Positions 13,399 through 26,625 are shown, counted from the first letter of the stretch. The stretch: DNA of 64,000 nucleotides from Octopus sinensis (GCF_006345805.1 NC_043003.1:88784001-88848000); one strand, 5' to 3'. Notes: generated from the sequence alone by a model not told the origin. Made by a program: numbers and translations.

Positions 13399-15239
13399 TA
13401 AATTGTTATACCATTGGAAGTTTAGGTAAATTTTGTCACTCTCTCTCCACACAAAAATGAAACTCATTTCGGCACCAAAAATTGCTTTAGTTTTTCAAAT
13501 CTATTCTGCAATCTGGGATTACTATATATATTATATCCAGTGATTTTAAGACATAGGAGAAAGATATTTTTAATATTATACTTTTACTTGTTTCACATAT
13601 ACATGAAAAAACTCTAACATGCTTTTTTTTAGATGAATTTATCGTCCATTATCTCTCCACACACTTCCTTAACCTCTGCATTTTCACTTATTCATTTCAA
13701 ACTTCTTTCAATTTTCAATCTAATGTAATCCACACTCTCTTGAAAACGTATTTCTGTAAAATGTTATCTAAAATTATGTGTAGAGAAAGAAATAGCAAAA
13801 AATATTTGAAAATAGAGATCTTTTCGCTTTGACCAGCAGATTTTTAAAATAATTTCTTTGTAACTTTTAAACTTCGTATACTGGTAGAATGTGTTTATAA
13901 GACATCTTTTTCTCTTGGCTTTCTTGAGAAAATTCTGTAGTTTGTAAGCTATTTGTTCTTTAATTTCTTGCATTTCGGCAATTTCAATGACCAGGAGGTC
14001 ATTCAACGAAAAAAAAAAAAATTCCAATGATTATGGGATGCCCCCCCCCCTCTCTATTTTCCTTCTGAACAAAAATAAGAGGCTTGCAGCTTATTAGGTC
14101 GTCAGGGTACTTGATTCCACGTGTTTTTTGTTTTTTATTAGTGAAAATCGTGCCGGGTGAAAGGATCAAATAATACCGAAATCTGTAGTTATGCCATTTG
14201 TTTCTGGTTATACGTCAGAATTTGAAAACAAATTTATACATACAACTCAACGAAACGAAATGTATACTCGTGTAGTGTCCACTCACCCTTCGGTCCCAAT
14301 TATAATACCTCTCCCATTATCCCGCCATCCGCTCATTGTCATGATCCAAGTGAGAGGTGTGTAGTACTTTTTTTCATATCTGAAACTATGTGAACCACAG
14401 CAAGAAAAACTTAAAAGTTGATTAATCGTAATTCTAAAGAACTTTTCGATCGTTACTTGAAACATATGAACATAGTAGTGGTCAAGTATTCAAAAAATAT
14501 TATGATCGTTTTTTTGGGTTTTTTTGTAATTATTTTATCTCTTTATTTCATGGATTTACTGTCCCATAATATAAGTTTGTTTTGATAGATAAAAGAAAAA
14601 CTTTCATGAGTAAAATTATTGCTCTAACAATATTAAATTTAATTACTTGCAAACTCATATTACCATAACATTATAAGAAATCCTTTAATTGCAAAAGAGA
14701 AGCTTCAGTTTGTGTGATTAAATTCATTTCATTTTAGCTTTAAAAAGGACAAAATTAAGTTAATTACTCTCGTATTTCAAGCCATAAGAAATATTAGTTG
14801 AATAATTTCTATTATTTTAATCCACAACTAGATTTAAATCTCTATTCGGTCGTCTGACCCGCCAGAAGACAATTCTCCCAATAATTTCGCACCAAAGAAC
14901 AACGCAATAACTTCTAAAACTCTACCAAAATATATCGTCGATGGCAAACGCTGTGGACACAGCTGCGCATTGGGAAAATAGTTTGAGAAAATAAAAATGG
15001 CACGCTATACTCAAACATCAATAAGAATAACAAATTTTGGAAGTCTTTTTTTTTTCATTTATTTTAAAATAAGTATGCAGATTTGAAAGCAGTAATGGAT
15101 TTTCTTGTCGATTTTAATGCAATATAACAATAATTCATTATTATTTATTACTTCGAAAACTAACCAATTCCCAATAAAAATAATCCTCAGTTCTGAGAAT
15201 TTCTAAAATTTAGAAGAGTTGTTCAAAACAATGACTTAC

Positions 15240-15390
15240 CGCAAGTACAGCGATGTACTTCGAACTTTTCCTTCCATTCATCTGCTTTAGTCTGCAAAGA
15301 ACAGAGAAAACTTTCTATTTCGGAAACGATGTTTGGAGCTAAGTTATCTAACCATTTGCAATCAGTTAAAAACCGACGAAATTCATCCAT
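15240..15390 (-). CDS. TPR: Nucleoprotein TPR, coding exon 1 (151 nt)
   Basis: ATG at 15390. Reads MDEFRRFLTDCKWLDNLAPNIVSEIESFLCSLQTKADEWKEKFEVHRCTC plus G, then GTAAGT donor. G+AG gives Glu, continuing into EQQYFELEK. Confidence 0.82.
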
Positions 15391-15439
15391 GGTTCTAGAA
15401 CGACATGCATTAACCGTTTTTTCACAACTAACTGTGACG

Positions 15440-15500
15440 CTAAAGAAAGCGGAAACGGATATTGGTATTCAGGACAACTTCCGGTCCTAACACGCGGTAT
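15440..15500 (-). promoter_or_regulatory. Probable TPR promoter/TSS region with ETS-type motif CCGGAAGT
   Basis: acttccgg at about 15477-15484, about 90 nt upstream of the ATG, in a locally CpG-richer segment. Confidence 0.45.
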
Positions 15501-17139
15501 ATTATGTCAGAAATCCTTCGAATATTTTTTTATAATATAATTATGGATAAGATTAAGTTATCAATTCCACATTTAAAACATAATGAATAATACAATCTCA
15601 AAATCTTCAATGTTTGTTTTGTTTATTCCTCTTCTGTTATTGACGAAACTTTAACATGTTTTCATTTAGGGGAAAGGTGTTAAGAGGAATGCAAAACCTT
15701 TTTATTTTGAGAAGAAAAAAAATGGGCTGAAATATATTTGTTCTCGTTTGACAAACAGTCCTCTTACCACTTTTTTATATGTGAAAATCTGTTGAGACTT
15801 ATAGCAGTTCGTAGGCATAACTACAGATTGGTGCCCTGTGACTTTATTTTGCCATAACTTCGGAAAGTAGCGCTTATTTTGTAAATAAAATAATGTAGAC
15901 AAGTCTTCGACGATATTGATTGCAATTATGTTGATAAAATTTAGGATAAACTGGGAGAGGGATTGGGTTGTTCCTCCTGCCTTGACTTTGCTTACTACGA
16001 ATGTCCAGAATGAGAGCTTTTTTCCGCTTGAAATTCTAACAAACGTCCTACAAGATGACATTAGAACATATGAATTTTAAAGAGAGTTCTGAGAAAACAA
16101 ACTTGGGAGAAGAGAACCTCAAAAGCGCCTTTCTTCAAAATTTAACTGAAAAGTATGCACTTTTCGGAAAGGGAGTATTATGGAAGGCAAGGTATACAAT
16201 ATCGGCAGAATATCACCTTTTCCCATTATATCTTGTTCTTCATGTAGTTCAGGCGAAGAAAGAAGTTCTTTAAGTACAAAGCAATTTACAACCGGTTTAT
16301 TTACAAGTTTCACAAAATAGGTGAAGCGTGTTGCTCTCAGCAACCATCTCGAGCTGTGTGCGTGGTGTTGTATCTCCATTAGTGTTGGCACATTGCCTCT
16401 GGAGGTACAACAGGCAGACAGGCCCAGCCAGTGAAATGTTCTCAGCAAGCGCTGCTACGTAGAAGCGGAGAGAGAGAATGAATCTATTTCTGTTTTGCCC
16501 TTATATACAGTTTGCCATCGTGACACTCGTTGTGATCTCGCGCATGGCAAATGGATGCAGGTGAGGTATCGCTCCAGTCTCAGAGATGGCAATGGCTGCT
16601 GCAAGATCTCATCCAATATGGCACTGACTGGTTGTGCCACTACAAGGGCTCCTTCACTCCTGAGTGCGAAAACAGAATATGATGAGTAGAGGCAGTAAAC
16701 TATGTATAAAATAAGGTCATGAGGGAATTAGACCATTGATGTTTCAAGCAAGACCCTGTTACAGAACTCATCTTTATGATGCAAGACCAACTTCTTATTT
16801 TAATCAATGTTTTTAATTTTTTCATTGACAGCACTAGTTCCTGAAAGTTCTAAGTTTAGTTTATTTGTACTACTCAGAAAATCATTATTTACTCAGTACT
16901 CTCCAGACTACCCACTGTCCTGTCAGTAGTACAACTTGCCCCACTTCTTATCATATACTTTGTTCTATGCTGTTGTGAACAGTAGCCCCATCCCTTCACA
17001 AGATGAAGTAAGTCCTCATCTTCAGGGATCTCATGGTCCATCAACTTCCAGCCATCGTTCCTGCCGCCACATTTGAATTGCCCCATGTAGAAACAGAATT
17101 TTACCAGTAAAATATATATATATATATATCACTGTGACT

Positions 17140-17428
17140 GACCAGGCTCTCAGATGTTGCTAACATCGCTGGCCACAATGCACTTTGCATTGTTTTAGCC
17201 TTCAAATGATGCCACCCCGCTGGCTAAGCACGCAGGCCAACAGAAGAGAGAGTGAGAGAAAGTTGTGGTGAAAGAGTACAGCAGTGGTCGCTACCACAAT
17301 CTGCCAGAGCCTTGTGGAGCTTTTAGGTGCTTTCGCTCAATAAACACACAACGCCCGGTCTGGGAATCAAAACTGCGATCCTACAACCATGAGTCCGCTG
17401 CCCTAACCACTGGGCCATTGTGCCTCCA
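17140..17428 (-). mobile_element. tRNA-derived SINE
   Basis: Minus-strand head TGGAGGCACAATGGCCCAGTGGTTAGGGCAGCGG..GTTTTGATTCCCAGACC has Pol III A- and B-box-like motifs. Confidence 0.8.
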
Positions 17429-17451
17429 TATATATATATATATATATATAT

Positions 17452-19030
17452 AAAGGGCACGGCTATGGGTACAAAATTCGCACCTTCATATGCCAACTTG
17501 GTGATAGGTTTCCTTGAGAACAAACTATACAATGAAATAGGGAAAGTCTTCGAACACGACTTCAGAGAAGACATCAAGAAAAAGTGGAAACGCTACCTCA
17601 ACAACTGATTCATCTTTTGGAACATCAGAAGAAGACCTACGAACATTCCACAACATCCTCAACACGCTGCACCTATCTATCAACTTCACAATAGAGACTA
17701 GCCACAACGAACTTCCCTTCCTAGACATCAACATCAAGATACACAACTCCATCATCACAACAGACATCCACTACAAAAAAACCGACACACACCAATATTT
17801 AAATTTCCACTCCTGCCACCCATCCCACATAAAAAGAAACATCCCATATAGTATGGCAAGACGTATATACAGCATAGTAACTGACTCACAAACACGCCTA
17901 ATAAGACTAGATGAACTTAAAAACTTCCTACTAGAACAAAAATACCCCCTTAAACTAATAAAAAATGGAATCTCAAGAGCAACGAAACTAGACATCGCAC
18001 AACTCAGGACACCCAAAACTAAAAACAAAGAAAACATTATCCTTTTCATAAACACACACAACCCTGGAGTTACCAACATGTTCCAAATCATACGTTCAAA
18101 CCTGCCAATAGCCTTACAAAGCCCCAAAATGGAAAACATGCTAAACAAATATTGCATAAAAAACAGTAGACGACAAGACAAAAACCTAAAGAAACATCTA
18201 ACAAGAGCGAAATTCTCATTAGAAACTAAAACTGAATTCTTTGTAAAAGAGTACGGAGATGGTAGATGTAGGATCTGCAGTAACCCCCACCTACAAATAC
18301 ATAGAGGGAGACAAAGAAATGAAATTTAAAAGTGGTCACATATTTAAAATAAATGCAAATATGAACTGCAAAACGCAGAATGTAATATACTGCATAACCT
18401 GCCCCACGTGCAAGGAGGATTACATAGGTGAAACTGGAAATTCTTTGTGCCAGCGAGCTAGGATTCACCGACAACATGTCCGACAGGAAGAACTGTGCAA
18501 GATACCACTGAGTAAACACCTAGATACATGTGGAGAAGGAAAATTTAAGATCTTTCCCTTCTACAAATGTCCAAAGAATGACACCTTCAGGAGGAATATG
18601 GAAAGATATTTCATAACTAGGTTCTCCCCCAAATTGAATGGCTGAAAATGTCTCTATAATAAGCTGTACGAGATGAAGGACAAATTTGTTAAGTAAACTG
18701 TATTAAACATACACACACACACAGAGTTCTACACATATATTTTGGTTTTTGAAAATACAACATTGAACAAAGGATATTCTAATATTTCAATGAAACCATT
18801 TCACTTTAATTTGTGGAACCAGTTGCTCTTGTATGATAAAGCTTAATATTTATTTAACTGTCAATCAGTGAGATATTAGACTAAATCAATTGAAGATCAG
18901 ACAACAGACTCAGTGGTTGTCAGTTTGTATTCTTTCATCTGTAACTTCAACACAAGAAAGTCTCTTTTTCAAGTATGGACCTTATGAAATTTTGCTCATC
19001 ATACATTGAAGGACAAATCTTTCAATTTAT
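17452..19030 (+). mobile_element. 5'-truncated Penelope-like element (RT C-terminus plus GIY-YIG endonuclease), frameshifted
   Basis: KGTAMGTKFAPSYANL, WKRYLNN (degenerate YxDD), LPFLDI, TDTHQYLNFHSCHPSHIKRNIPYSMARR, CKTQNVIYCITCPTCKEDYIGET; bounded by (TA)n. Confidence 0.92.
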
Positions 19031-19074
19031 AATTTAACAAACATAGTGTAGCATTTAATATATATACTCTCTCT

Positions 19075-19460
19075 TTACTCTTTTACTTGTTTCAGTCATT
19101 TGACTGTGGCCATGCTGGAGCACCGCCTTTAGTCGAGCAAGTCGACCCCGGGACTTATTCTTTGTAAGCCCAGTACTTATTCTATTGGTCTCTTTTGCCG
19201 AACTGCTAAGTGACAGGGACATAAACACACCAGCATCGGTTGTCAAGCAATGCTAGGGGGATAAACATGTACACACACACACACATATATATATACATAT
19301 ATACGACAGGCTTCTTTCAGTTTCCATCTACCAAATCCACTCACAAGGCATTGGTCGGCCCAAGGCTATAGAAGAAGACACTTGCCCAAGATGCCACGTA
19401 GTGGGACTGAAGCCAGAACCATGTGGTTTGTTAGCAAGCTACTTACCACACAGCCACTCC
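19075..19460 (-). mobile_element. Composite tRNA-derived SINE
   Basis: tttcagtcatttgactgtggccatgctggagcacc 3' module plus the tRNA-like head; modules also at 23455-23640, 29260-29460 and 43370-43540. Confidence 0.75.
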
Positions 19461-19744
19461 TGTATATTTATATTAAAACCACTATTAGGCAAAATAGTGG
19501 TAATCTCCACTATTAGATAAAACCACTATTAGGCAAATCAAACAGTGAAAAACATAAACCAATAAATAGAAATAAATTAATTAATATAATATACAAAATA
19601 TAAAATTCAAAATTTAAATTATTTAAATTTAAATTTAAAGTTAAAATTTAAAAAATATTTAAATTATTAACTTATACTTATAAAATTTAATTATTTTTAT
19701 TTTCTTATTATTTTTATTATTATTGTTATTATTATTGAGGAAAT

Positions 19745-20280
19745 GACTAGAGACCGAGACCTCTGGAAGTGTGCTGTGCACAAGAAGACCCGGCAGGACA
19801 AGTGAGTCCATAACCCGTGGCCTTCTACATGGGATGGAGCCAGCCTATGTACGCATACCTTCCCTTCTTGGGACACAAATTTCTACTTGTGAAGACCTGT
19901 TGAGGCAAGTGAGGATCAGAATCGAAATCGATCAATGGAAATTGCAGATGTGTTACCAGTGCCGGTGGCATGTAAGAGAACCTTCCGTTTCGCGACCGTT
20001 GCCAGCGCCGCCCCGACTGGCCTTGTGCCGGTGGCACATAAAAAGCACCATCCGTTCGTGGCCGTTCGCCAGCTCTGTCTGGCACCTATGTGGGTGGCAC
20101 GTAAAAAGCACCCACAACACTCACGGAGTGGTTGGCGTTAGGAAGGGCATCCAGCCGTAGAAACACTGCCAGATTTGACTGGGCCTGATGAAGCCTTCTG
20201 GCTTCACAGACCCCAGTAGAACCGTCCAACCCATGCTAGCATGGAAAACGGACGCTAAACGATGATGATGATGATGATGA
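19745..20280 (+). mobile_element. RTE LINE 3' end
   Basis: RDLWKCAVHKKTRQDK* followed by the standard 3' UTR and (GAT)n tail. Confidence 0.88.
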
Positions 20281-21396
20281 TTATTATTTTTTTAATAAAT
20301 AACTATCAAAAAGAATTGATTCCACGAATATTCTTATAAACGCTGAAAAGACGTTTTCCGATTTAAAATTTTAATTCATCACAAAACCTTGCAAAGATAA
20401 GTATATATTTATATTTAAGATTTTAAAATTTTAAAATTTAAATATTTTAATAAGTCTTTTTGTATAATAATTGTATTTTATATAAATAATGATGGTTATG
20501 TAATGATCTAGTTATTGTAGTTTTTTCTATATATTATTAGATTTTAACTTTACGTTTATTCGTAAGACTTTATTTAGCCAAAGAGATATATAGATCGTTA
20601 ACAGTTATACGGGTTTTTTTTAAAGTTAGGTTTCATGTATATACATGTATTGATAGCATAAATTTTTGTCTTAAATAACTATATTTGTTGATAGTTATTT
20701 TAATTTTTTATAATTGTTATTATAACTTATATATTGTTTTTTAAAATTGATAATTGGTAGTAATATTTCTTCCATTGATAAATATATTCGTAGTATTTAT
20801 TTGATACTATATAACCACGGATTGATTATTTCATTTTAGTTTCTTAACTATACGATTTTAGAAAGTTATTAGTTAGCCAACGAGATATATGGATTGTTAA
20901 TTAGTTATAGCGTTCTTTTAAGATTGCTTGTTTGTTTACAATTTCATCTTTATTCTTTTAATATTTTTATAAATAATAATGAATAATTAATTTATTAAGT
21001 CTTTATTATACGTGAATATATATTTATTGATAGAGATAATTTTATATCTTAATTCTTATATTTATATACATTTATATATTTTCATTGATAATTTAGTTAT
21101 TATTCAAATATTATATAATTATTTGACTTGAAATTATATTTAATAATATGAATAGTCATTTTTTTTTTGTAAAATATTTATGTAATTAGATATTGACTAT
21201 AACTGAGATTAGATTATTTGTAGGTTTCTTACCTTAAAAATTAATATTTTACATTATAATCGATTGTATGACATAATCATAATCGTTAATGTTTTTAGTT
21301 TGATAATAGAGTTTTTTATAATAAAAATTATTATTTTATTTATTTCTTAAAAAATATGGTATAAATATTTTTGATTATTTATTTAAATATTATCAT

Positions 21397-21493
21397 TAAC
21401 CTGAAGATTGACTATAACCATAATTCGAATTATTAATTGAATTTAAATTATTGTTATTCGAATTAGATTATGGGCATGAAACGATCGTAGTGG
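21397..21493 (+). ncRNA. Type-I hammerhead ribozyme motif with 70-nt extended stem II (helix I decayed)
   Basis: CTGAAGA (21401) ... GAAA (21478) CGATCG TA GTGG; internal hairpin ccataat/attatgg and ttcgaat/attcgaa. Confidence 0.55.
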
Positions 21494-22159
21494 TTTTACT
21501 CTTTATCCTATAATAAACTTTTAATTCTTTTTGATAGTTATTTATAAAATAATAATAATAATAATAAAAATTAAAATAATTTTTAAAATATATATATATA
21601 AAAATTTTATAAGTATAAATTAATAATTTAAATATTTTTAAACTTTAACTTTAAATTTAAATTTAAATAATTTAAATTTTGAATTTTATATTTTGTATAT
21701 TATATTAATTAATTTATTTCTATTTATTGGTTTATGTTTTTCACTGTTTGATTTGCCTAATAGTGGTTTTATCTCTAATTTAATATAAATATATATATTT
21801 ACACTGTAAAATTAGATTTAATCCTAAATCTAATTTTTCCCTGTAAGTTTGGATTTACTCCCTAATATTATTATTATTATATATATATAGTGGTATTAAT
21901 ATCAACACAATTATTTCTTCTTCCTCTTTTTTCTTTTTTTCTTCTTTCTTCCCTTCTCCAAGGACACCCCTTCCAGACTCACACGCATCCACCCACACAT
22001 ACACACCTCCACAAAACAATAATAAAAAGAATTCAAGACAAATCTTTGACCATTCCTCCTTAAACACACACACACACTCTCTCTCTCTCTCTCACAAGAC
22101 AATGATAAAAAGGAAATATAATTTATGGTTCACCTTCCCTCCCCTTCCTTCCTTTTCTT

Positions 22160-22193
22160 CTTCTTTTCTAATACTCTCTCCAGATACAGAAAA

Positions 22194-22224
<31 letters not shown>

Positions 22225-22477
22225 CATACATGCTATCTCTCACTTCCTCCCCATTCATCACCCTCTTGTACTGTCTTATGTCCCTCCCCACCACTACACA
22301 CTCAATAACATTATAAAATGGTCAAAACTTAAATTCTTTTCCCCAAGATCTTCGACCCCCCTCGGAGTAAACATCCTGACCAACTAACCAGCAAAACAAT
22401 TTTTTCTTCTCCCCTCTCTCCCTTTTCTCCCTTCCCCTCTTTTTCTTTAACACTTCTTCCAAATACAAAAACACACA

Positions 22478-22508
<31 letters not shown>

Positions 22509-22615
22509 GCTCTCTCTCTCTCTCTCACTTTCTCCCCATTCATCACCCTCTTGTACTGTCTTATGCCCCTCCCCATTACTACACACTCAATAACACTATA
22601 AAATGGTCAAAACTT
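22160..22615. repeat. Tandem duplication of about 170-280 bp with (CA)n/(CT)n
   Basis: ccccattcatcaccctcttgtactgtcttatg..ataaaatggtcaaaactt occurs at about 22250-22330 and 22535-22615. Confidence 0.8.
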
Positions 22616-22633
22616 TTTCACAGGGACTTAGTT

Positions 22634-22674
22634 CAATTTGAAGACCCCACTAGAATGGGAGAAAGCGCTAATAT
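22634..22674 (+). ncRNA. Degenerate hammerhead motif
   Basis: TTGAAGA c CCCA ctagaa TGGG a GAAA GCGC TA. Stem II and the palindromic AGCGCT are present; C3 and helix I are mutated. Confidence 0.4.
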
Positions 22675-22811
22675 ATGATATATGATATAAGTTATATGAT
22701 GTATAAAAACATGTAATATACAAATAAATATCTGTAAATATAAAACCATCCGAATTTCTGAGTACCTCATTTCTTCTAATATAAAATACCTGTACATCAT
22801 CTCCAAACCTT

Positions 22812-22862
<51 letters not shown>

Positions 22863-22867
<5 letters not shown>

Positions 22868-23350
22868 AATCTCAGAGCGAGTTATAAACAGTAGCTGCAA
22901 CACATCGTGACGTATATTTGCCATTTAAATATGGCCAACCCCTAAGGGTGGATGCTACTGTAGTTTGTAGCCCCAGGAGGACACCTCCTCCAGCTGGCTA
23001 TAGACACACTTTCTGTGTGCTATCAGTATTTGCAAAGGGAAGCCATCCTTCCTGTCTCCAACTTATGATACACACAAACTTGAGTTTCTTGGTATTGACC
23101 CATCATTGGCGTGTGACAATCACAGTTGTCGATGAGAAATAGGTTCCCTTCACAAATACTTATACCTTTTTCCGGAAAAACTTGAGTCCGTGTGTATCAT
23201 AAGTTGGAGACGGGAAGGATGACTTCCCTTTGCAAATACTGATAGGGCATAGAAAGTGTGTCTATAGCCATCTGGAGGAGGTGTCCTCGTGGGGCTACAA
23301 ACTACAGTAGCATCCACCCTTAGGGGTTAGCCATATTTAAATGGCAAATA
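22863..23350. mobile_element. Fold-back copy of the 352-nt HHR monomer family (same family as 63241-64000)
   Basis: 22915-23085 is inverted at 23175-23347; degenerate HHR at 23071-23115 on the minus strand; (TA)n on both sides. Confidence 0.8.
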
Positions 23351-23699
23351 TACGTAACTATATATATATATATATATATATAACATATATATATGTATGT
23401 ATGTATATATATATATGTGTGTGTTTGTGTGTGTCTATCTCTCTCTGTTTGTACCCCAACTTTTTCTTGACAACTGATGTTGCTGTGTTTATGTCCCCGT
23501 CACTTAGCCGTTTGGTAAAACACACCGATAGAATAAGTACTGGGCTTACAAATAATAAATCCTGGGGTCAATTTCTTCGACTAAAAGCATTGCTCCAGCA
23601 TGTCTGTGGTTATATGACCAAAACAAGTAAAACAATAAAAAAACTATGCCATTTTAACCCCAAGCAATGCTGGATATCTCTGCTAGTTTTGCATAAGGA

Positions 23700-24848
23700 T
23701 TTGCAAATACTTTTTGTTCTGGTGTCTGTTGTTCTGTTTTTCTGTGACACGTTTGTAAACAAACATGGTGTCAAAAGCAAAACATGATCAGATTGTTACT
23801 TTGAAAACAGCTGGAGTGAGCAACAAGGACAAAACAAAACATTTCAATGTGTCCTATAAAACAGTGTTCACCACCTTGAAACAATATATGGAGTCTGCTA
23901 TTACCTATAGCAAGCCAATTCCTGGTAGGAAACTATCAATTCGTACCAAAGAAACTGTTGAAGCTGTGAAGAAGCAAATAAATTAAATCCCTGCAGAAGT
24001 GCAAGAAAAACTGCAAAAACTCTTGATATTTCAAAATCGTCAATGCACAAGATTTTTAAAGAGGTTTTAAAGCTAACTGTATACAAGAAACATCTCAGCA
24101 GTTAATTTCAGCAACTTCTAAGATGAAATGGCTTAACAAGAGTAAAACCATGTCAGCTTGGATGAAATGGCTCAACAGGAGTAAAACCATGTTAGCTGAG
24201 ATGAAGCATGCTACTAACAAAGTGTTGATCTGGTCTGACAAGATCTTCACCGTGAAGGCAGTTTCCAACAATAATAGGCTTTATGCACATAATGCAGGAG
24301 ACTTGCCCAAAGGTAGCAGGAGTAATTTCCACTGTCAGAAGCCAGCTTTACTCATGGTGTGGATCGTAGTTGCATCTGATGGGTCCAAGTCTCCTTTGAT
24401 CTTCATTGATGCTGGTCAACAGTGAAGTTTATGTGGAAATGTTGGATGAGTGTTACCCTGGTTCACAGAAACCTTTAGTGACCATTACATCTTCACTCAA
24501 GATGGGGCTCCAGCCCATACATCGAATTTGACACTGAGGTAGGGCAAAGAACATTTCAGTAGTTTTGGGGACAAGACAATATGTTCTCCCTCAAGTCCAG
24601 ACATTAATCCCATAGACATCAGCCTTAGTCAAGTTGAATGAAGTGGTGGTACGGCACAGACATGCAACTCACTGACTACTAGTTTGCAGGCTATGATCAA
24701 GGCCAAAGGCTGTATTTTGAAATGTAATTACTGCAATGGATTGATAATTTACATTAAAATGTGTGTGTCAAGTTTCATAATCCTACCGTAAGTTTATTTT
24801 GAATAATCAAAAAATATTAATGGGTAAGTCTTTCTGGGACACCCTGCA
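23700..24848 (+). pseudogene. Tc1/mariner superfamily transposase remnant with DD37D spacing (maT-type)
   Basis: HTH N-terminus MVSKAKHDQIV.., VLIWSD, QDGAPAH then 37 residues to the D of SPDINPID; terminus ggacaccctgcata. Confidence 0.8.
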
Positions 24849-25139
24849 TATGTGTGCGTGTGTGTGTGTGTATAATAACACAGATGTATAACTTTATGTA
24901 TATATTGTGAATTTCATCGATACTTGTGAATACATGTATAACTGGAAGGACAAAAGCGTACCATGATTCTATTGGATCCTGAAAATTTTATTAAACATAC
25001 GAACATGTATATATAAATATATATGTATATATATAAGGAATAAGAAATTACATCATGAACTTCATTAGCATATAGCTGTTTTTATACATATATTTCTATA
25101 TATATGCAATTATAAACAACACACACACACATATATGAG

Positions 25140-25910
25140 GATAGCTGTGTAAAAAAGTGCCACACCCTAGCAGTTGAGAGAACCTGTGGAAGAAGTAGAC
25201 CCGGGAAGACCTGGGATGAGGTGGTGAAGCATGACCTTCGAATATTGGGCCTCACCAAGGCAATGACTAGTGACTGAGACCTTTGGAAATATGCTGTGCA
25301 TGAGAAGACCCGGCAAGCCAAGTGAGACCATAACCCGTGGCCTATGCCAGGGGTGTAACCAGCCCACTTATGTGTACCTTTCCTTCTTGGACACTAAACT
25401 CTGCTTGTGAAGACCTGTTGAGGCAAGTGAAATCGAAATCAAATTCGATGACTGGCATCTCGTGCTAGTGGAGCGCTAAGAGCACCATCTGAGCATGATC
25501 GATGCCGGAGCAGCTGACTGGCTTCTATGCCAGTGGCACGTAAAAATCACCATTCGAGTGTGATCATTACCAATGTTGCCTTACTGGCACTTGTGCTGGT
25601 GGCACATGAAAAAACATTCGAGCGAGGTCGTTGCCAGTGCTGCTAGACTGGCTCATGTGTAGGTGGCACATAAAAACACCATTTGAGCATGGTTGCTGCC
25701 AGTACCGCCTGACTGGCCCTCGTGCCAGTGGTACATAAAAGCAGCCAATACACTCTCGGAGTGGTTGGTATTAGGAAGGGCATCCAGTTGTAGAAACTCT
25801 GCCAGATCAGATTGGAGCCTGGTGCAGCCATCTGGTTCGCCAGACCTCAGTCAAATCGTCCAATCCATGCCAGCATGGAAAGTGGACGTTAAATGATGAC
25901 GATGATGATA
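25140..25910 (+). mobile_element. RTE LINE 3' end
   Basis: RGRPGKTWDEVVKHDLRILGL, 3' UTR hairpin repeats and GAT tail. Confidence 0.88.
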
Positions 25911-25919
25911 AATATATAT

Positions 25920-26260
25920 ATGATCACCTCGACTGACCAGTCCATCGGGCGTCTATTTGACACTGCTTGTCACAACATGCTGTCCACTCCTCTCTGGAGT
26001 GCACCTTCCTCATCCACGTGATCCCAATCGACCTCCTGAAATTGTAACTCCACCATGGTGGAGGTCTTCCGAGTGGTCGTTTCTGCTCACACAGGTACCA
26101 CTTGACACTGCACGGGTCCACCGATTATTGGTGAGCCAGGTGACGTGTCCAGCCCATCTAAACTTGCTGCGTGTATATTCTACGATGACATACCTCATGC
26201 TGGACTTTTCTCTGATGACGTTGCTACTGATGTGCTCTCTCAACGAGATTCCAAGCAATA
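25920..26260 (-). mobile_element. Second RTE-type LINE 3' fragment
   Basis: LGISLREHISSNVIREKSSMRYV..KFRWAGHV..NNRWTRAV. Confidence 0.7.
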
Positions 26261-26625
26261 TAAATAATATATATGTATGCATATTTACATACATATATGT
26301 ACATACCTACATATATATGTATATATACATGCATATATGGGTACAGGACATGAAAAATTGTTGAACACAATGAGAAACGAAAACATAAAAACAAAAACAT
26401 GCAAAACGAACTTTTTGCCAAACAACAAAAAAACAAACAGAGAAATGAGATATGCAACATAAAGAATATTCCCCTTCATCAGTTAGTTGTCCCTGTTTCA
26501 TCTACTCCACGTCTCGAAGGCAAGGACAATACGCGACTTCACTGAAAAAAGTCCTTCCCGCATAGCAAATTAAATAAAATTTGGGATTTTTTGCAGAGGG
26601 TGAAAGTGTTAATAAGAACAGGACA

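Larger units (their letters stand above)
19483..21895. mobile_element. Extremely AT-rich Penelope pLTR-derived element with about 220-bp inverted arms, interrupted by an RTE 3' end
   Basis: 19520-19740 is the reverse complement of about 21550-21775. 21740-21890 is the reverse complement of the segment at 57280-57390. HHR motif at 21397-21493. Confidence 0.6.

Noticed and set aside
15996-16061. Minus-strand MSSCRTF.. segment with GTAAGC donor as TPR exon 1
   Set aside because: The 15390-15240 exon already supplies an ATG and a TPR-length N-terminus, with a promoter-like motif just upstream.
16055-16273. Plus-strand ORF head-to-head with TPR (possible divergent gene), and exon-like pieces at 16321-16404 and 16511-16560
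   Set aside because: No recognisable homology, weak donor sites and no coherent gene model; cannot support from sequence alone.
18638-18700. Hammerhead-like CTGAAAA..GAAG just after the stop of the first PLE
   Set aside because: Two core mismatches and no convincing helix I or III.
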